Source: Candidatus Bathyarchaeum sp. (GTDB lineage Archaea; Thermoproteota; Bathyarchaeia; Bathyarchaeales; Bathyarchaeaceae). From it: a stretch of 64,000 nt of DNA. A program made the position numbers and the translations under genes. The first letter of the stretch is position 1. Each line of letters begins with the position of its first letter. Location: assembly GCA_026014495.1 (NCBI GenBank), contig JAOZIF010000136.1, positions 1 through 64,000 on the forward strand, read 5' to 3'. Positions 1 through 9,525 of this stretch are shown piece after piece. Under the pieces are notes generated by a model. It was not told the origin of the DNA. It saw nothing but the letters and a program-made list of their open reading frames with translations, and made no database searches.

Positions 1-20
1 GAATCCCACCCCCCGCACCA
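1..20 (+). tRNA. 3' end of a tRNA, probably tRNA-Leu (truncated by window edge)
   Basis: GAATCCCAC-CCCCCGC-A-CCA reads as T-loop end, T-stem 3' strand, acceptor 3' strand, discriminator and encoded CCA. A GCGGGGG acceptor stem is typical of archaeal tRNA-Leu. Anticodon not visible. Confidence 0.6.
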
Positions 21-210
21 TGAATTAAGCCGTTTTTAAGATTATTTTTTAGTAATATGCTTGTTTTGAGCTTTTGTTGGGGGCTGAACTTAACACGAAT
101 TTACTGGTAGATTTGGGTGGAGTTCAAACATCACGTAACGTTTTATGCGGTCGTAAATAGTTTAAAAAATAAACATAAATTTTAATAAAAAATCAGACAA
201 TAAAAGGAAC

Positions 211-810
211 TTGTTGGGGGAAAGTTTGTCTTTTATACCTGTTTTTGAGTTAGGCTTATGGAATGCTTGGATTTTTGTACTTCTTGGTCTTTTGATTGGT
301 TTTATATCATGGAGTCTAATTGGGAAAAAAGCAATGAAGAAATTTAGGTACGCACCTAATGGACACAAAACTGGAGCCAAGAAAACCTCACAAAAATTGT
401 TTTTCTTACTTGCACTTGCCAGTATGGTCTACAGTGTCTTCTTACCAATTAATCTAGGTACATTATGGTTTTATGCAGGTCTTACGATCTGGGTTCTATC
501 TATTATTATAAGTCTCATAAGTTTTGTCTCCTTTGGTACTACGCCACTTGATGAACTTGTTTCCAAAGGAACTTACCGAATTTCTAGAAATCCTGTTTTT
601 TTATCAGGTTTTTTGGCTGATTTAGGTATAGGAATAGCTTGTGCTTCTTGGATTTATGTGTTATATGCGGTAATAGATTTAATCCTAATGCATTTTTATG
701 CGAGAACTGAGGAAGCCTTCCTTCTAGAAAAGTATGGTGACACTTATCGGGAATACATGAAAAGAACTCCAAGATGGATAGGAATACCACAATCAAAGGA
801 AATAGAGTGA
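211..810 (+). CDS. Isoprenylcysteine carboxyl methyltransferase / PEMT-family membrane methyltransferase
   Basis: Multiple TM helices; C-terminal G.YRISRNPVF..G and EE..L..KYGD.Y.EY..RTPRWI family motifs; TTG start after AAAGGA. Confidence 0.8.
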   Translation: MLGESLSFIPVFELGLWNAWIFVLLGLLIGFISWSLIGKKAMKKFRYAPNGHKTGAKKTSQKLFFLLALASMVYSVFLPINLGTLWFYAGLTIWVLSIIISLISFVSFGTTPLDELVSKGTYRISRNPVFLSGFLADLGIGIACASWIYVLYAVIDLILMHFYARTEEAFLLEKYGDTYREYMKRTPRWIGIPQSKEIE

Positions 811-829
811 ATATTTTACTAGTAACTTA

Positions 830-854
830 GGGTGCGAATCCCGCCCCCGCACCA
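830..854 (+). repeat. Degenerate copy of tRNA 3' end (att-like scar)
   Basis: GGGTGCGAATCCCGCCCCCGCACCA; 836-855 matches 1-21 with one substitution and one C deleted; upstream sequence is not tRNA-like. Confidence 0.7.
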
Positions 855-879
855 TATTTGGTTGGTTAGTTTGTGTTTT

Positions 880-1788
880 CTAAAGACTTGAATCTGTACC
901 TGACAGTTCTTTTTTCCAGTTTTCAATTATGTTTGTTATATGTTCGCATTTGTGTCTTTGTAGAAACTTGACGATTTCGTTGTCTGTGACGATTTTTTCT
1001 TGTATTTCTTTAGTCAGGCAAGGGTCATGTGTAGCAAGTATGATCTGATCAGCGTAGTTGGCTACGGAAACAATTGCTGCTAATATGTTTTTTATTTTAG
1101 GTCCGGGGTTGCTTGCGTAAAGTTCGATGTAGAGCGGTTTTTTGAGTTGTTTACTAAAATCAAGTGCCAACGTTTCCAGCCAGTAAGTTGGTGAGTATGA
1201 CATGTCGTAGATGGGGACAAGAAAGAAGTCAACATACTCTGCTAGTGCATGGAAGTCTTCGCCGTATCTTTCTTTGCCAAAACATGGGTCTGGTAGTATT
1301 GTTACTGAAAAGCTCTTTTCGTTCTCTTTAACTATTTTTGAGGCTTCTGCTACAAGTTCAGTTACTGTTTTTGCTCGCCATTCAGTCCATTCTAGGTTGC
1401 TTTCTTTGTGGTTTTCTACACATCTGCTGCATGTGCAGTATTCAGTTCTGGGAAAGCCTATGGACTCTAAATGAATTCCCGTTACGTCAGCTTTTAGTGT
1501 CTCATTTACTAAATCAAGAATCTGTAGCCTGTAATCTTCAACGCTTGGGCATATGTGGTCCCAAAGAAACCGGTAGTTTTTGTTGGTTCTGACTGCTTTG
1601 CCTGATTTAGAAGTAGCTACCCACTCAGGTCTTTTTCTTGCAGTTACGTTATCGCCAAAGCAGCTGATTGTGTTATAAACGTTGTCTGCTGGCTTTTTGA
1701 TTCTGCCTGTGCAGGACTTAACGTAATAGAATGTTTCATCAAAGCCTTTTGTTGGTTCTGGTTGACCTGTTAGTACTCCAATCTTCAT
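880..1788 (-). CDS. Putative glycoside-hydrolase-like TIM-barrel protein (GHL10-like)
   Basis: RPEWV...WDHICPSVEDYR...DVTGIHLESIGFP..YCTCSRC and DFFLVPIYD resemble GHL10/DUF187-type barrels; family call by motif recall. Confidence 0.5.
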   Translation of the reverse strand: MKIGVLTGQPEPTKGFDETFYYVKSCTGRIKKPADNVYNTISCFGDNVTARKRPEWVATSKSGKAVRTNKNYRFLWDHICPSVEDYRLQILDLVNETLKADVTGIHLESIGFPRTEYCTCSRCVENHKESNLEWTEWRAKTVTELVAEASKIVKENEKSFSVTILPDPCFGKERYGEDFHALAEYVDFFLVPIYDMSYSPTYWLETLALDFSKQLKKPLYIELYASNPGPKIKNILAAIVSVANYADQIILATHDPCLTKEIQEKIVTDNEIVKFLQRHKCEHITNIIENWKKELSGTDSSL

Positions 1789-2042
1789 TTTGTGTATCCT
1801 CCAAAGTGTGTATGCATGAAACAGTTGGTTGGATTATCCAAATTAAGATTTGCTTATGATCAGCATACGCAACGAAAAAAGTGCCATGTTGACCTCTCAG
1901 TTTTGGTGAATGTTCAGATTTCATATCCACGCACTTTTTGTTGTAAATTGACGGGTTTCTTATGGTATCATTTGTAATTCAGGGTCTTTACGTAAAATAT
2001 TAATAAGCGAACTAAGACTGTGGACGGTAAACCACGTTTGGA

Positions 2043-3155
2043 TTGTGCTTTCCCATCGCAATCGCTGATACCGAGAACAACGAAACTGCTAACGATTTCG
2101 CTCTTCCCGTAGACCTTATTCGTACCTGCGGCATAATTTTGGTTTTGCTGCTTCACGCAGCCAACGAATACTACACTACCATAATGGCGAGTCCTCTTGA
2201 GTCAGCGTTGTATTGGTGGACTTCTACCGTTTACAAATCTTTTACTTTGCCTTGTGTTCCATTGTTTATTATTCTAAGCGGCGCATTGCTGCTTCAGCCC
2301 TCAAAACTTAACGAACCTATTCGTGTCTTCTTAAAAAAACGGTTCAATCGCATCGGGTTAGCTTTTATCTTCTGGAGTGCAGTTTACCTTGCATGGGCAT
2401 TTTTTGTTACCCAAATGCCCGTTACTTTGAGCAACATTGTTGAAGGCTCGTTTTTAAGCTTATTTTCTGGAGCTTATTACCATTTTTGGTACCTTTATCT
2501 TATACTTGGTCTTTACTTGATTACCCCTATTTTGCGTGCAATAGTTTCTTGTGATTCCAACAAAATTCTCAAGTATCTCATAGGTTTATGGTTCATAGGC
2601 GTATCAGTTGTACCTGTTATCCAGTTGATTACAGGATATTCTTTGAACGATACCCTTTTTGTTATGGGCGGAACAATAGGCTACTTCATTTTAGGCGTTT
2701 ACCTACAAAGAATAAACGTACGCCCCTCAATCGTATACGGGCTCTTTTTTTCAAGTTTCCTTTTCACGATAGTTAGCACTTGGCTCATGCACTTTCATTT
2801 TTATTCTATCGGTCAAAACTACTTCTTCTTTGACTACTTGTCGGTAAACGTTATACTATCATCCGTGACTATGTTTCTGATTTTAAGCAAGTTTCCCGCA
2901 GATTGGCCAAAAAACAAGCATCCCATTATCTGCCGTGTTGTTCATGCAATCAGCAAAAACACTTTGCCAATCTACCTCTTCCACTTAATCATCATGGAAA
3001 CCCTTCAAAGAGGCTACTTAGGGTTCAAGTTAAGTCTTACAACAATGAACCCCATTATTGGCGTCCCTGTTATCACAGCAGTTACCCTCTTTGTTACGCT
3101 TGGGTTAGTTCTTCTCATGAAGAAAGTGCCTGTTTTGAGGACACTTATCGGCTAA
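2043..3155 (+). CDS. Acyltransferase family 3 (WecH/YiaH-like membrane O-acyltransferase)
   Basis: DLIRTCGIILVLLLHAA, CVPLFIILSGALLL, YHFWYLY, SKNTLPIYLFH motifs; about 10 TM helices; exact start uncertain. Confidence 0.85.
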   Translation: MCFPIAIADTENNETANDFALPVDLIRTCGIILVLLLHAANEYYTTIMASPLESALYWWTSTVYKSFTLPCVPLFIILSGALLLQPSKLNEPIRVFLKKRFNRIGLAFIFWSAVYLAWAFFVTQMPVTLSNIVEGSFLSLFSGAYYHFWYLYLILGLYLITPILRAIVSCDSNKILKYLIGLWFIGVSVVPVIQLITGYSLNDTLFVMGGTIGYFILGVYLQRINVRPSIVYGLFFSSFLFTIVSTWLMHFHFYSIGQNYFFFDYLSVNVILSSVTMFLILSKFPADWPKNKHPIICRVVHAISKNTLPIYLFHLIIMETLQRGYLGFKLSLTTMNPIIGVPVITAVTLFVTLGLVLLMKKVPVLRTLIG

Positions 3156-3167
3156 AACATGCGAACC

Positions 3168-3842
3168 TCAAGTTTCGGTAGAAATAATTGCGTTGTAAAT
3201 TTGTTCTGCTATTACTGTTGCGCCCTCGTTGTTGGGATGTACTCCGTCTTGGAAATATTCTGGATGATTTTCTAGGGCAAAATAAACATCGATAACCTGT
3301 AAGCCAAGTGCATTTGCTGTTTGTTCAATACGCGGAATTATTCCCTTTAACAAGTTTTGACTTTTTAGGTCAAGTTCATTTTCAAAAAGTGGTGGCGGTT
3401 TTACAATAAAAATTTGTGGCTTTGTTTTGCTGGATTGGATGCTGTTGATTAGCATTGTGTAGTCTGCTACAAAGTTGTCTATTGATTGAAAGTTGTCTGT
3501 TCGGGCATCGTTGGTTCCAAGCATTATAATCACAATGTCTGGTAGACAATTTTTTGCATCAATAAACGCTGTCTGGTGCATGTATGGCGTGTACGTGTCA
3601 AGCAGCACAGTTGAGCCACTAACCCCAAAATTTCCTACAATATAACCCACCCCAAGCATCGCCTGCAGGTCATCTGGGTAGTTAGTGAGTTCTGTTATGC
3701 TGTCTCCCATACAAGCAACACGAATTACTTTGTCGCTGATACTGCCGCAGCTTAAACTGGTTTCAAAAATTACTCCTGCTATACTTAAAGTTAGTAACAG
3801 AACACTAACGTATACCGCAGCTCTTTTTTGGGCTATATTTAT
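3168..3842 (-). CDS. SGNH/GDSL hydrolase with N-terminal membrane anchor; probable ATA start
   Basis: GDSIT, GVSG, GTND and DGVHPN blocks. The frame is open upstream of Met 3710 through IRVAC and a hydrophobic helix to ATA (3842 or 3836) behind GAGGT; no ATG/GTG/TTG in that stretch. Confidence 0.8.
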   Translation of the reverse strand: MNIAQKRAAVYVSVLLLTLSIAGVIFETSLSCGSISDKVIRVACMGDSITELTNYPDDLQAMLGVGYIVGNFGVSGSTVLLDTYTPYMHQTAFIDAKNCLPDIVIIMLGTNDARTDNFQSIDNFVADYTMLINSIQSSKTKPQIFIVKPPPLFENELDLKSQNLLKGIIPRIEQTANALGLQVIDVYFALENHPEYFQDGVHPNNEGATVIAEQIYNAIISTET

Positions 3843-3915
3843 GCTTCCTTACCTCACAAACAAGATTACTAAATTATATGTACAAAATAAACTAAAAAGA
3901 TTTGGCAACAAAAAC

Positions 3916-3978
3916 CAGCCAAGCATATTAGGAGACTAATAGAGGTACATTGTTGAAAACAGTCTTTTTTATGAAAAA
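3916..3978 (-). repeat. Dispersed palindromic repeat, copy 1
   Basis: Reverse complement TTTTCATAAAAAAGACTGTTTTCAACAATGTACCTCTATTAGTCTCCTAATATGCTTGGCTG; last 27 bp identical to copy 7, 26 bp core identical to copies 3 and 6. Confidence 0.9.
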
Positions 3979-4019
3979 CTTAAGCAACAACAAATCACGT
4001 TACTTACAGGTGTGCTTGC

Positions 4020-4355
4020 TCAACTAGAACTGTATACTTTGTATCTGCGTTCACATCTTGAACAGCGCTTCAACAAATCCTCTAGGCTCTTTTTTTTATC
4101 AACAAACCCCAACTTTTTCACAGACTGCCATTTCTCATCAACATCTGAGCAGTGATTGTAGCCTCTGCGCTTCATCTCTTCAACAAGCTCTTCGTGACGA
4201 GCATACATGCTGTGAACTTCAAGCAGTCCCTTCTCCAAATAGCCCTTCACAGTTTTTCCGTGACACAAAGTTCCAATAAACATGTGAATCTCCACATGCT
4301 CCCCCAAAAGATGCTGGCGACACATAATCTTCGGGTCTACCATCCACATTCGCAT
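4020..4355 (-). CDS. Pyrimidine-dimer DNA glycosylase (T4 endonuclease V-like)
   Basis: MRMWMVDPKIMCRQHLLGEHVEIH...RHEELVEEMKRRGYNH family signature. Confidence 0.8.
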   Translation of the reverse strand: MRMWMVDPKIMCRQHLLGEHVEIHMFIGTLCHGKTVKGYLEKGLLEVHSMYARHEELVEEMKRRGYNHCSDVDEKWQSVKKLGFVDKKKSLEDLLKRCSRCERRYKVYSSS

Positions 4356-4397
4356 AAACAAACTACAGTAAACTTAGAGAATTAAAACTATCTCAAA

Positions 4398-4448
4398 CAT
4401 ATATTCCCCCATAACAGAGCATTGTTGAAACACGTTTTTAGTGAAAAA
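4398..4448 (-). repeat. Dispersed palindromic repeat, copy 2 (degenerate)
   Basis: TAACAGAGCATTGTTGAAACACGTTTTTAGTGAAAAA aligns to copy 1 (TAATAGAGGTACATTGTTGAAAACAGTCTTTTTTATGAAAAA) in the same orientation. Confidence 0.6.
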
Positions 4449-4584
4449 CCAAACAAAAAGCCTGTTTTACCTAAATTATTGGACAATACGAAGAGCCTAT
4501 AACCGCCATCAGCTCCTCAAATAACCGAAAGAAATAAAGAAGAACCACTTACTATTTGCTGAAGAGTAAAGAGAATGTGATTAC

Positions 4585-5685
4585 ATGGGCAAAATTAGGG
4601 TTGGCGTAATTGGCGTAGGAAACTGTTTCGCTGGTCTAGCTCAAGGAATCGAATACTACAAGCGAAACAAAACCCAAAAATTAGGATTAATGCACGAAAC
4701 AATCGGAGGTTACGGAATCGAAGACCTCGAATTTGTTTGCGCTTTCGATGTCGGAGAAAACAAAATAGGCAGACCCCTAAACGAAGCAATCTTTTCAGAC
4801 CCAAACTACGTAGACTGGGTTGACAGTGCATCGAGTTGCACAACAAGAAAAGTCAAAGAAAGCCCAACTCTTGACGGCGTAGGCATCTACGTTGCAAGCA
4901 TGATTAACCCAATTAAACAAACAAAACCCACACAAGAACTCGAAAAAGAAGCAATTGAAGAAATAAAAGCAACAAAAGCACAAATCCTAATCAACTATCT
5001 GCCTGTGGGCAGCCAGAAAGCCACAGAATTTTGGGCAAACATCGCCCTTAAAACAGGTTGCGCATTCATAAACTGCATGCCCGTATTTATTGCATCCAAT
5101 AAAGAATGGCTCAAAAAGTTTGAGGCTGCAGGTCTTCCAATTGTAGGAGACGACGTCAAAGGCGTAATCGGCGCAACAATAACTCACAGAACATTAGCCA
5201 AACTTTGCGTAGACCGCGGAGCATCAATAGACCGAACATACCAGATTAACGTCGGCGGCAACACAGACTTTGCTAACATGCTTGAACGAGAACGGCTGGA
5301 AAGCAAAAAAATCTCAAAAACCGAATCCGTACAAAGTCAAATACCCGAAAAACAACGCTTAAACGCTAAAGACATATACATCGGACCAAGCGACTTTATT
5401 CCCTTCCTGGGTAACACCAAACTAGCATTCATCAGAATAGAAGGAAGAATGTTCGCAAACATACCCTACAACATGGAAATCAGACTAGACGTAGACGACA
5501 AAGCAAACTCAGGCGGAGTAGCAATCGACGCAATAAGATGCGCACAACTAGCCCTAGACAAAGGAATAAGCGGCAACCTAACATACACTTCAGCATACCT
5601 CATGAAACACCCAATGGAACAAATGGGCGACGAAGACGCCAGAGAAAAACTGGACAACTGGATTTCTGAACTAGAAAACAAGTAG
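4585..5685 (+). CDS. ino1: myo-inositol-1-phosphate synthase
   Basis: IGVGNCF Rossmann motif, INYLPVGS, GDDVK, YQINVGGNTDF.NM, KKISKT, DKANSGG motifs. Confidence 0.95.
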   Translation: MGKIRVGVIGVGNCFAGLAQGIEYYKRNKTQKLGLMHETIGGYGIEDLEFVCAFDVGENKIGRPLNEAIFSDPNYVDWVDSASSCTTRKVKESPTLDGVGIYVASMINPIKQTKPTQELEKEAIEEIKATKAQILINYLPVGSQKATEFWANIALKTGCAFINCMPVFIASNKEWLKKFEAAGLPIVGDDVKGVIGATITHRTLAKLCVDRGASIDRTYQINVGGNTDFANMLERERLESKKISKTESVQSQIPEKQRLNAKDIYIGPSDFIPFLGNTKLAFIRIEGRMFANIPYNMEIRLDVDDKANSGGVAIDAIRCAQLALDKGISGNLTYTSAYLMKHPMEQMGDEDAREKLDNWISELENK

Positions 5686-5699
5686 CAGGAACACAAAGC

Positions 5700-6326
5700 T
5701 TGCCCAGCAAACCCCGCCCCCTTCTCATTTCTTGCGGTATCTTGCGAAAAGAAATCGAAAAACTCATAGAACAAAAACAACTTGATGTTGATGTTCACTT
5801 CTTGGATGCAGGTCTACACGTAGTTTACGCTGAACTAGAAAAAGAAATAGTTTCTGCGCTCAAAAAAGCAAAAGACCACGCAGAAAACGGAATAGTTGTT
5901 GTCTACGGCGACATGTGCCATCCACGAATCAAAAAAATCGTCAAACAATACCGCAATGCCGTCAAAGTTGACGCCTTAAATTGCATCGACTGCCTTCTTG
6001 GCGGACACAAAAACCTTCTACAGGCAGACCCAAAATGCAGTTACTTCTATTTGTCTCCAGGATGGATGCCTTCAAATCTCAAACAAACCGAATATTTTCG
6101 AGAAATCTTTGACTGGAACTTGGAAGGCATAAAAGAGCAATTTGAACACCTTAATGGGTTAATTATAATCGATTCTCTAGACAACCTAAACGAGCTAAAA
6201 AGTGACATAGAAGAATTCAGTGAAAACACGGGACTTGCTGTTAAAGAAACAAAAACTGTGGGACTTGATGGACTAAAGTCTGTTATCGATGAAGCAATAA
6301 AAAAACTTCAAAGCTCAACAAAATGA
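5700..6326 (+). CDS. DUF1638 domain protein
   Basis: LISCGIL.KEI, FLDAGLH, VVYGDMC, NCIDCLLGG, FYLSPGW motifs. Confidence 0.75.
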   Translation: MPSKPRPLLISCGILRKEIEKLIEQKQLDVDVHFLDAGLHVVYAELEKEIVSALKKAKDHAENGIVVVYGDMCHPRIKKIVKQYRNAVKVDALNCIDCLLGGHKNLLQADPKCSYFYLSPGWMPSNLKQTEYFREIFDWNLEGIKEQFEHLNGLIIIDSLDNLNELKSDIEEFSENTGLAVKETKTVGLDGLKSVIDEAIKKLQSSTK

Positions 6327-6340
6327 GTATCAATGACTTT

Positions 6341-7234
6341 TTAGATTGTCAGAGAGTGTTTGCGGTATTTGAAAAGTCCCGGAAAAATGTAGTATGTCGA
6401 CCCTTTTATCGCGTAGCCAAGAGACTTTGCGATGTCATAGCCATCGCTTACTCTGGTTATGGTTCTTGTGAAAACTCCGGCCTGCTGTTCATATGAGATT
6501 CTTCCGAACCTTCTCATTAATCTAGAAATCTTTTGGTCCTCAGAAACTCCCAACTCTGAATCATAAGGTCCATACCCGTCCTTGGACATTTTGGATGCAA
6601 CGTCACGCAACAATGTTATGCTACATCCGGGAACGCTTGCCCCCATCACTGGAATTCCCAAAATTTGTATTGTTGGCAGCTTGAGGGAAAACCAAGTCAA
6701 AAAGTTCGCTCCCATTATTCCAAATCGTCTTCCAAGCTTGAGGCTGTCTCTTGGTCTTAATGATGGAACCGTGGCTACAACATCTTTGTGTTTGAATGCA
6801 GAATACATTACTTCAAAATAGTTTTTGTACTCGTCTAAATCCGAAAAAATGTAGTCTTTATCCATTTCTGTTCCTGTCGAGAAAAGTGAGTCAATGTCAT
6901 GAAAAACAATTATTTTTCCCTTGGAATGCCTAAACCCTAAATTCCGTCCTATAGCAGGAGTATCCCACTTTGGGTACTTGATTATTCCCGACTTTAACAG
7001 TTCTTTTCTGTACTTTTCATATTCTCTAGGAGAAATTATTTTACAATCACAGATTTCGGGGAACTCTGCGTTTTCTCCTGCATCTGCAACCAAAAACTCG
7101 ATTGCATTGCTTTTTCCTGTTTTTTCTTCAAAAACCTTTTTTGCAATCTCCCAGTTGTTAAATGCCTCTTTGAGGGCTTTTGTATCTTTCTCGCCGCGTC
7201 CAGTTGTTATAACTGAGAAGATTGGGTTTTGCAT
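6341..7234 (-). CDS. Glycosyltransferase family 2 (GT-A fold)
   Basis: FSVITT, GRNLGFRHSKGKIIVFHDID (DxD), SEDQKISR motifs. Confidence 0.8.
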   Translation of the reverse strand: MQNPIFSVITTGRGEKDTKALKEAFNNWEIAKKVFEEKTGKSNAIEFLVADAGENAEFPEICDCKIISPREYEKYRKELLKSGIIKYPKWDTPAIGRNLGFRHSKGKIIVFHDIDSLFSTGTEMDKDYIFSDLDEYKNYFEVMYSAFKHKDVVATVPSLRPRDSLKLGRRFGIMGANFLTWFSLKLPTIQILGIPVMGASVPGCSITLLRDVASKMSKDGYGPYDSELGVSEDQKISRLMRRFGRISYEQQAGVFTRTITRVSDGYDIAKSLGYAIKGSTYYIFPGLFKYRKHSLTI

Positions 7235-7359
7235 AACCTCTTGTAGAACAAGAATGGCTTTTATCTTTTACCCGAATATCTCAATAAACCATACAAATAA
7301 TCCGTTTGTAGCATGCTGGCAGTTGCATTCCATTTGTCTAGCCAAGACTATCTAATGTG

Positions 7360-8148
7360 CTACGATTTGGTAATGTGCCTTACGTATACTACTGCAGAAA
7401 TGGCTGAAATCCACGCCGCCACATTCTGGCACAAAACATATCTTAACACGATGTCACTCTGAGTTAATGACTGTGCACTATTTGAGACAAATCCTCCAAA
7501 GATGTTTCCAAAAGCTGGGGCTATAGAATCTAAGCTACTAGCAATAGGAACCAATGCATTACCGAGTCCCTCCATAACTCCTTGTAGTGGCGAAGTTGTG
7601 CTGTATAATGCAGTAGCAAAATCGGTGAACAGTTTTGGATAAATTAATACCGACACTAGGATAGCTGACAGCAAAAAAATCGTTAAGACAGTTAATGTGC
7701 TTTCAAGGGCAGTTCTACTGAAACTGAGTTGATGTTGTTTAGTTGAGCCTTCGCTAGAAAGAGTTGCGGTGATTTTGGTGAAAACTTTTTTGACTGTTCC
7801 AAACGTGTTTTGTGTGAGTGTTTTACGCTTTTTTCTTCCTCTTGCACGCCTTACCTGACTTTTTGATGCCTTAGACGGAGCTTTTACACGTGGTCTAATG
7901 GCTACATATTTTGTAAGGTATAACCAGCTTAAGACTAAGACAGCTATCACTGCCAAAGGAAGAATATGAAACAATGTACTGGCGTACAACTGGTTTGCAG
8001 AAACTTGTGTTAGTCCTAAGCCTGCAAAAAAAGAGACAATGAAATATTCGGAAACAAATGCTAGAGCAAAAAACGACCCTATTGTTAACAGTCCCTTTTG
8101 GGACGTCCATTTGAACATTGAACCATCGTTTTGTCCTTTAGATTCCAC
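7360..8148 (-). CDS. Hypothetical membrane protein
   Basis: 262-aa ORF with several TM helices and a basic loop (RRARGRKKRK); no family recognised. Confidence 0.7.
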   Translation of the reverse strand: MESKGQNDGSMFKWTSQKGLLTIGSFFALAFVSEYFIVSFFAGLGLTQVSANQLYASTLFHILPLAVIAVLVLSWLYLTKYVAIRPRVKAPSKASKSQVRRARGRKKRKTLTQNTFGTVKKVFTKITATLSSEGSTKQHQLSFSRTALESTLTVLTIFLLSAILVSVLIYPKLFTDFATALYSTTSPLQGVMEGLGNALVPIASSLDSIAPAFGNIFGGFVSNSAQSLTQSDIVLRYVLCQNVAAWISAISAVVYVRHITKS

Positions 8149-8549
8149 TGATACTTTCCCTCACGATATTGTCTTAAACACTTGAACCATTTTGGGTGTG
8201 TATTACTTAAGATAATGGCCTTCTTATTTAATTTTGACTCAACTTCATTCATAATACACTCCCTTTCATGCCTCTAAAAACACATGCTATGTCCTTGAAA
8301 TAGACAACATTTGCTCTATGCCCGACAGCCAGCATTTTACCATCAGCCGTTTTTATGTGTAACTTGTAACTGCCTTATGTGAATCATTTCATGTTCTTCT
8401 GTGTCATGGATGATGTGTAATACAAACATGAATGCAAAGTATAAATTACGCCTCCGTAACATTTTAAACAACTGTGAAGCATAAGCTAGCTTTGCTTTAG
8501 ATGCGGTTGATGGAAACTCCTATAACCGCAAATCAAAAGGAGACAATGC

Positions 8550-9524
8550 ATGCCAAAAGCCTCTAAAAAGGGATTGCTTAAGCTGTACAAGGACCATAAC
8601 GTGCAGCTTCTTATTAGCAAGTTTGTTAGCGGAGAGCTTGACGCACTGAATCCAACTTTTGACCCAAAGCAGGGTTTTAGATATCCAATTGTGGATAACC
8701 TAGTTGGGGACTCTAGCACCGAAGACTTTTTGCAGAGTCTCTCTGATGGTGGTGTTCTAGAGAGAAAGCTTTACGACAAAATTGTCTATTGTCCCTCATG
8801 TAATTCAGCGAACGTTTCGATTCATTATACTTGCCCCCACTGCAAGTCGTTTGACGTTAAAAAGAGCGCCTTGATTGAACACATAAAATGTGGATACATC
8901 GACACTGAAGACCACTTTCAAAAAGAAGGCAAACTAATCTGTCCTAAATGTAACAAACCTTTACTCGCTCCTGATGTGGACCATCACAAAGCAGGAGTAT
9001 GGTGCACCTGTAACCAATGTTCAAAGAGCTTTGACATTCCAGTTCCAGCACATTTTTGTCGAAAATGCGAAGAAAACTTCACTTTCGACGAAGCAATCTA
9101 CAAAGACGTTTACTCCTACACTTTGACCCCAGAAGCGGCAAAAGAGGCAACGGTAGGTTGGATTATGATTGCTCCCATTATGGAATTTTTGGGAGATAAG
9201 GGATTCGAAATCGAAAGTCCAGGTTTCTTGGACGGAAAATCTGGAACGCGCCACATGTTTGATTTAATTGCGGTTTCTTCTAAAAAGAAGAAAACAACTG
9301 CGATTGACTTAGCAACATCTAATGACGGTGTTGTATCTGAACAGTCAGTGATTTCTATGTTCGCTAAGGTTTTCGACGCTAATCCAGACCAAGCTTGTCT
9401 TGTTGTGATTCCAAAAATGACTGAAAGTGGCAAAAAATTGGCAGCACTCTACAAGATTGATTTGATTGAAGGTAAAGATCAGAATGCTGCAATAGATGCC
9501 TTGAAGAGTTGTGTATCACAATAA
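8550..9524 (+). CDS. TackOD1-like multi-zinc-ribbon protein with C-terminal restriction-endonuclease-like domain
   Basis: wHTH-like N-terminus, then CPSC, CPHC, H..CG, CPKC, C..C, CRKC; C-terminus G.SGTRHMFD..A...IDL resembles Mrr_cat-like folds without the ExK motif. Confidence 0.7.
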   Translation: MPKASKKGLLKLYKDHNVQLLISKFVSGELDALNPTFDPKQGFRYPIVDNLVGDSSTEDFLQSLSDGGVLERKLYDKIVYCPSCNSANVSIHYTCPHCKSFDVKKSALIEHIKCGYIDTEDHFQKEGKLICPKCNKPLLAPDVDHHKAGVWCTCNQCSKSFDIPVPAHFCRKCEENFTFDEAIYKDVYSYTLTPEAAKEATVGWIMIAPIMEFLGDKGFEIESPGFLDGKSGTRHMFDLIAVSSKKKKTTAIDLATSNDGVVSEQSVISMFAKVFDANPDQACLVVIPKMTESGKKLAALYKIDLIEGKDQNAAIDALKSCVSQ

Positions 9525-9525
9525 C

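Noticed and set aside
48-63. AGTAATATGCTTG as an eighth repeat copy
   Set aside because: Matches only about 11 bp at the end of the consensus, which is compatible with chance.
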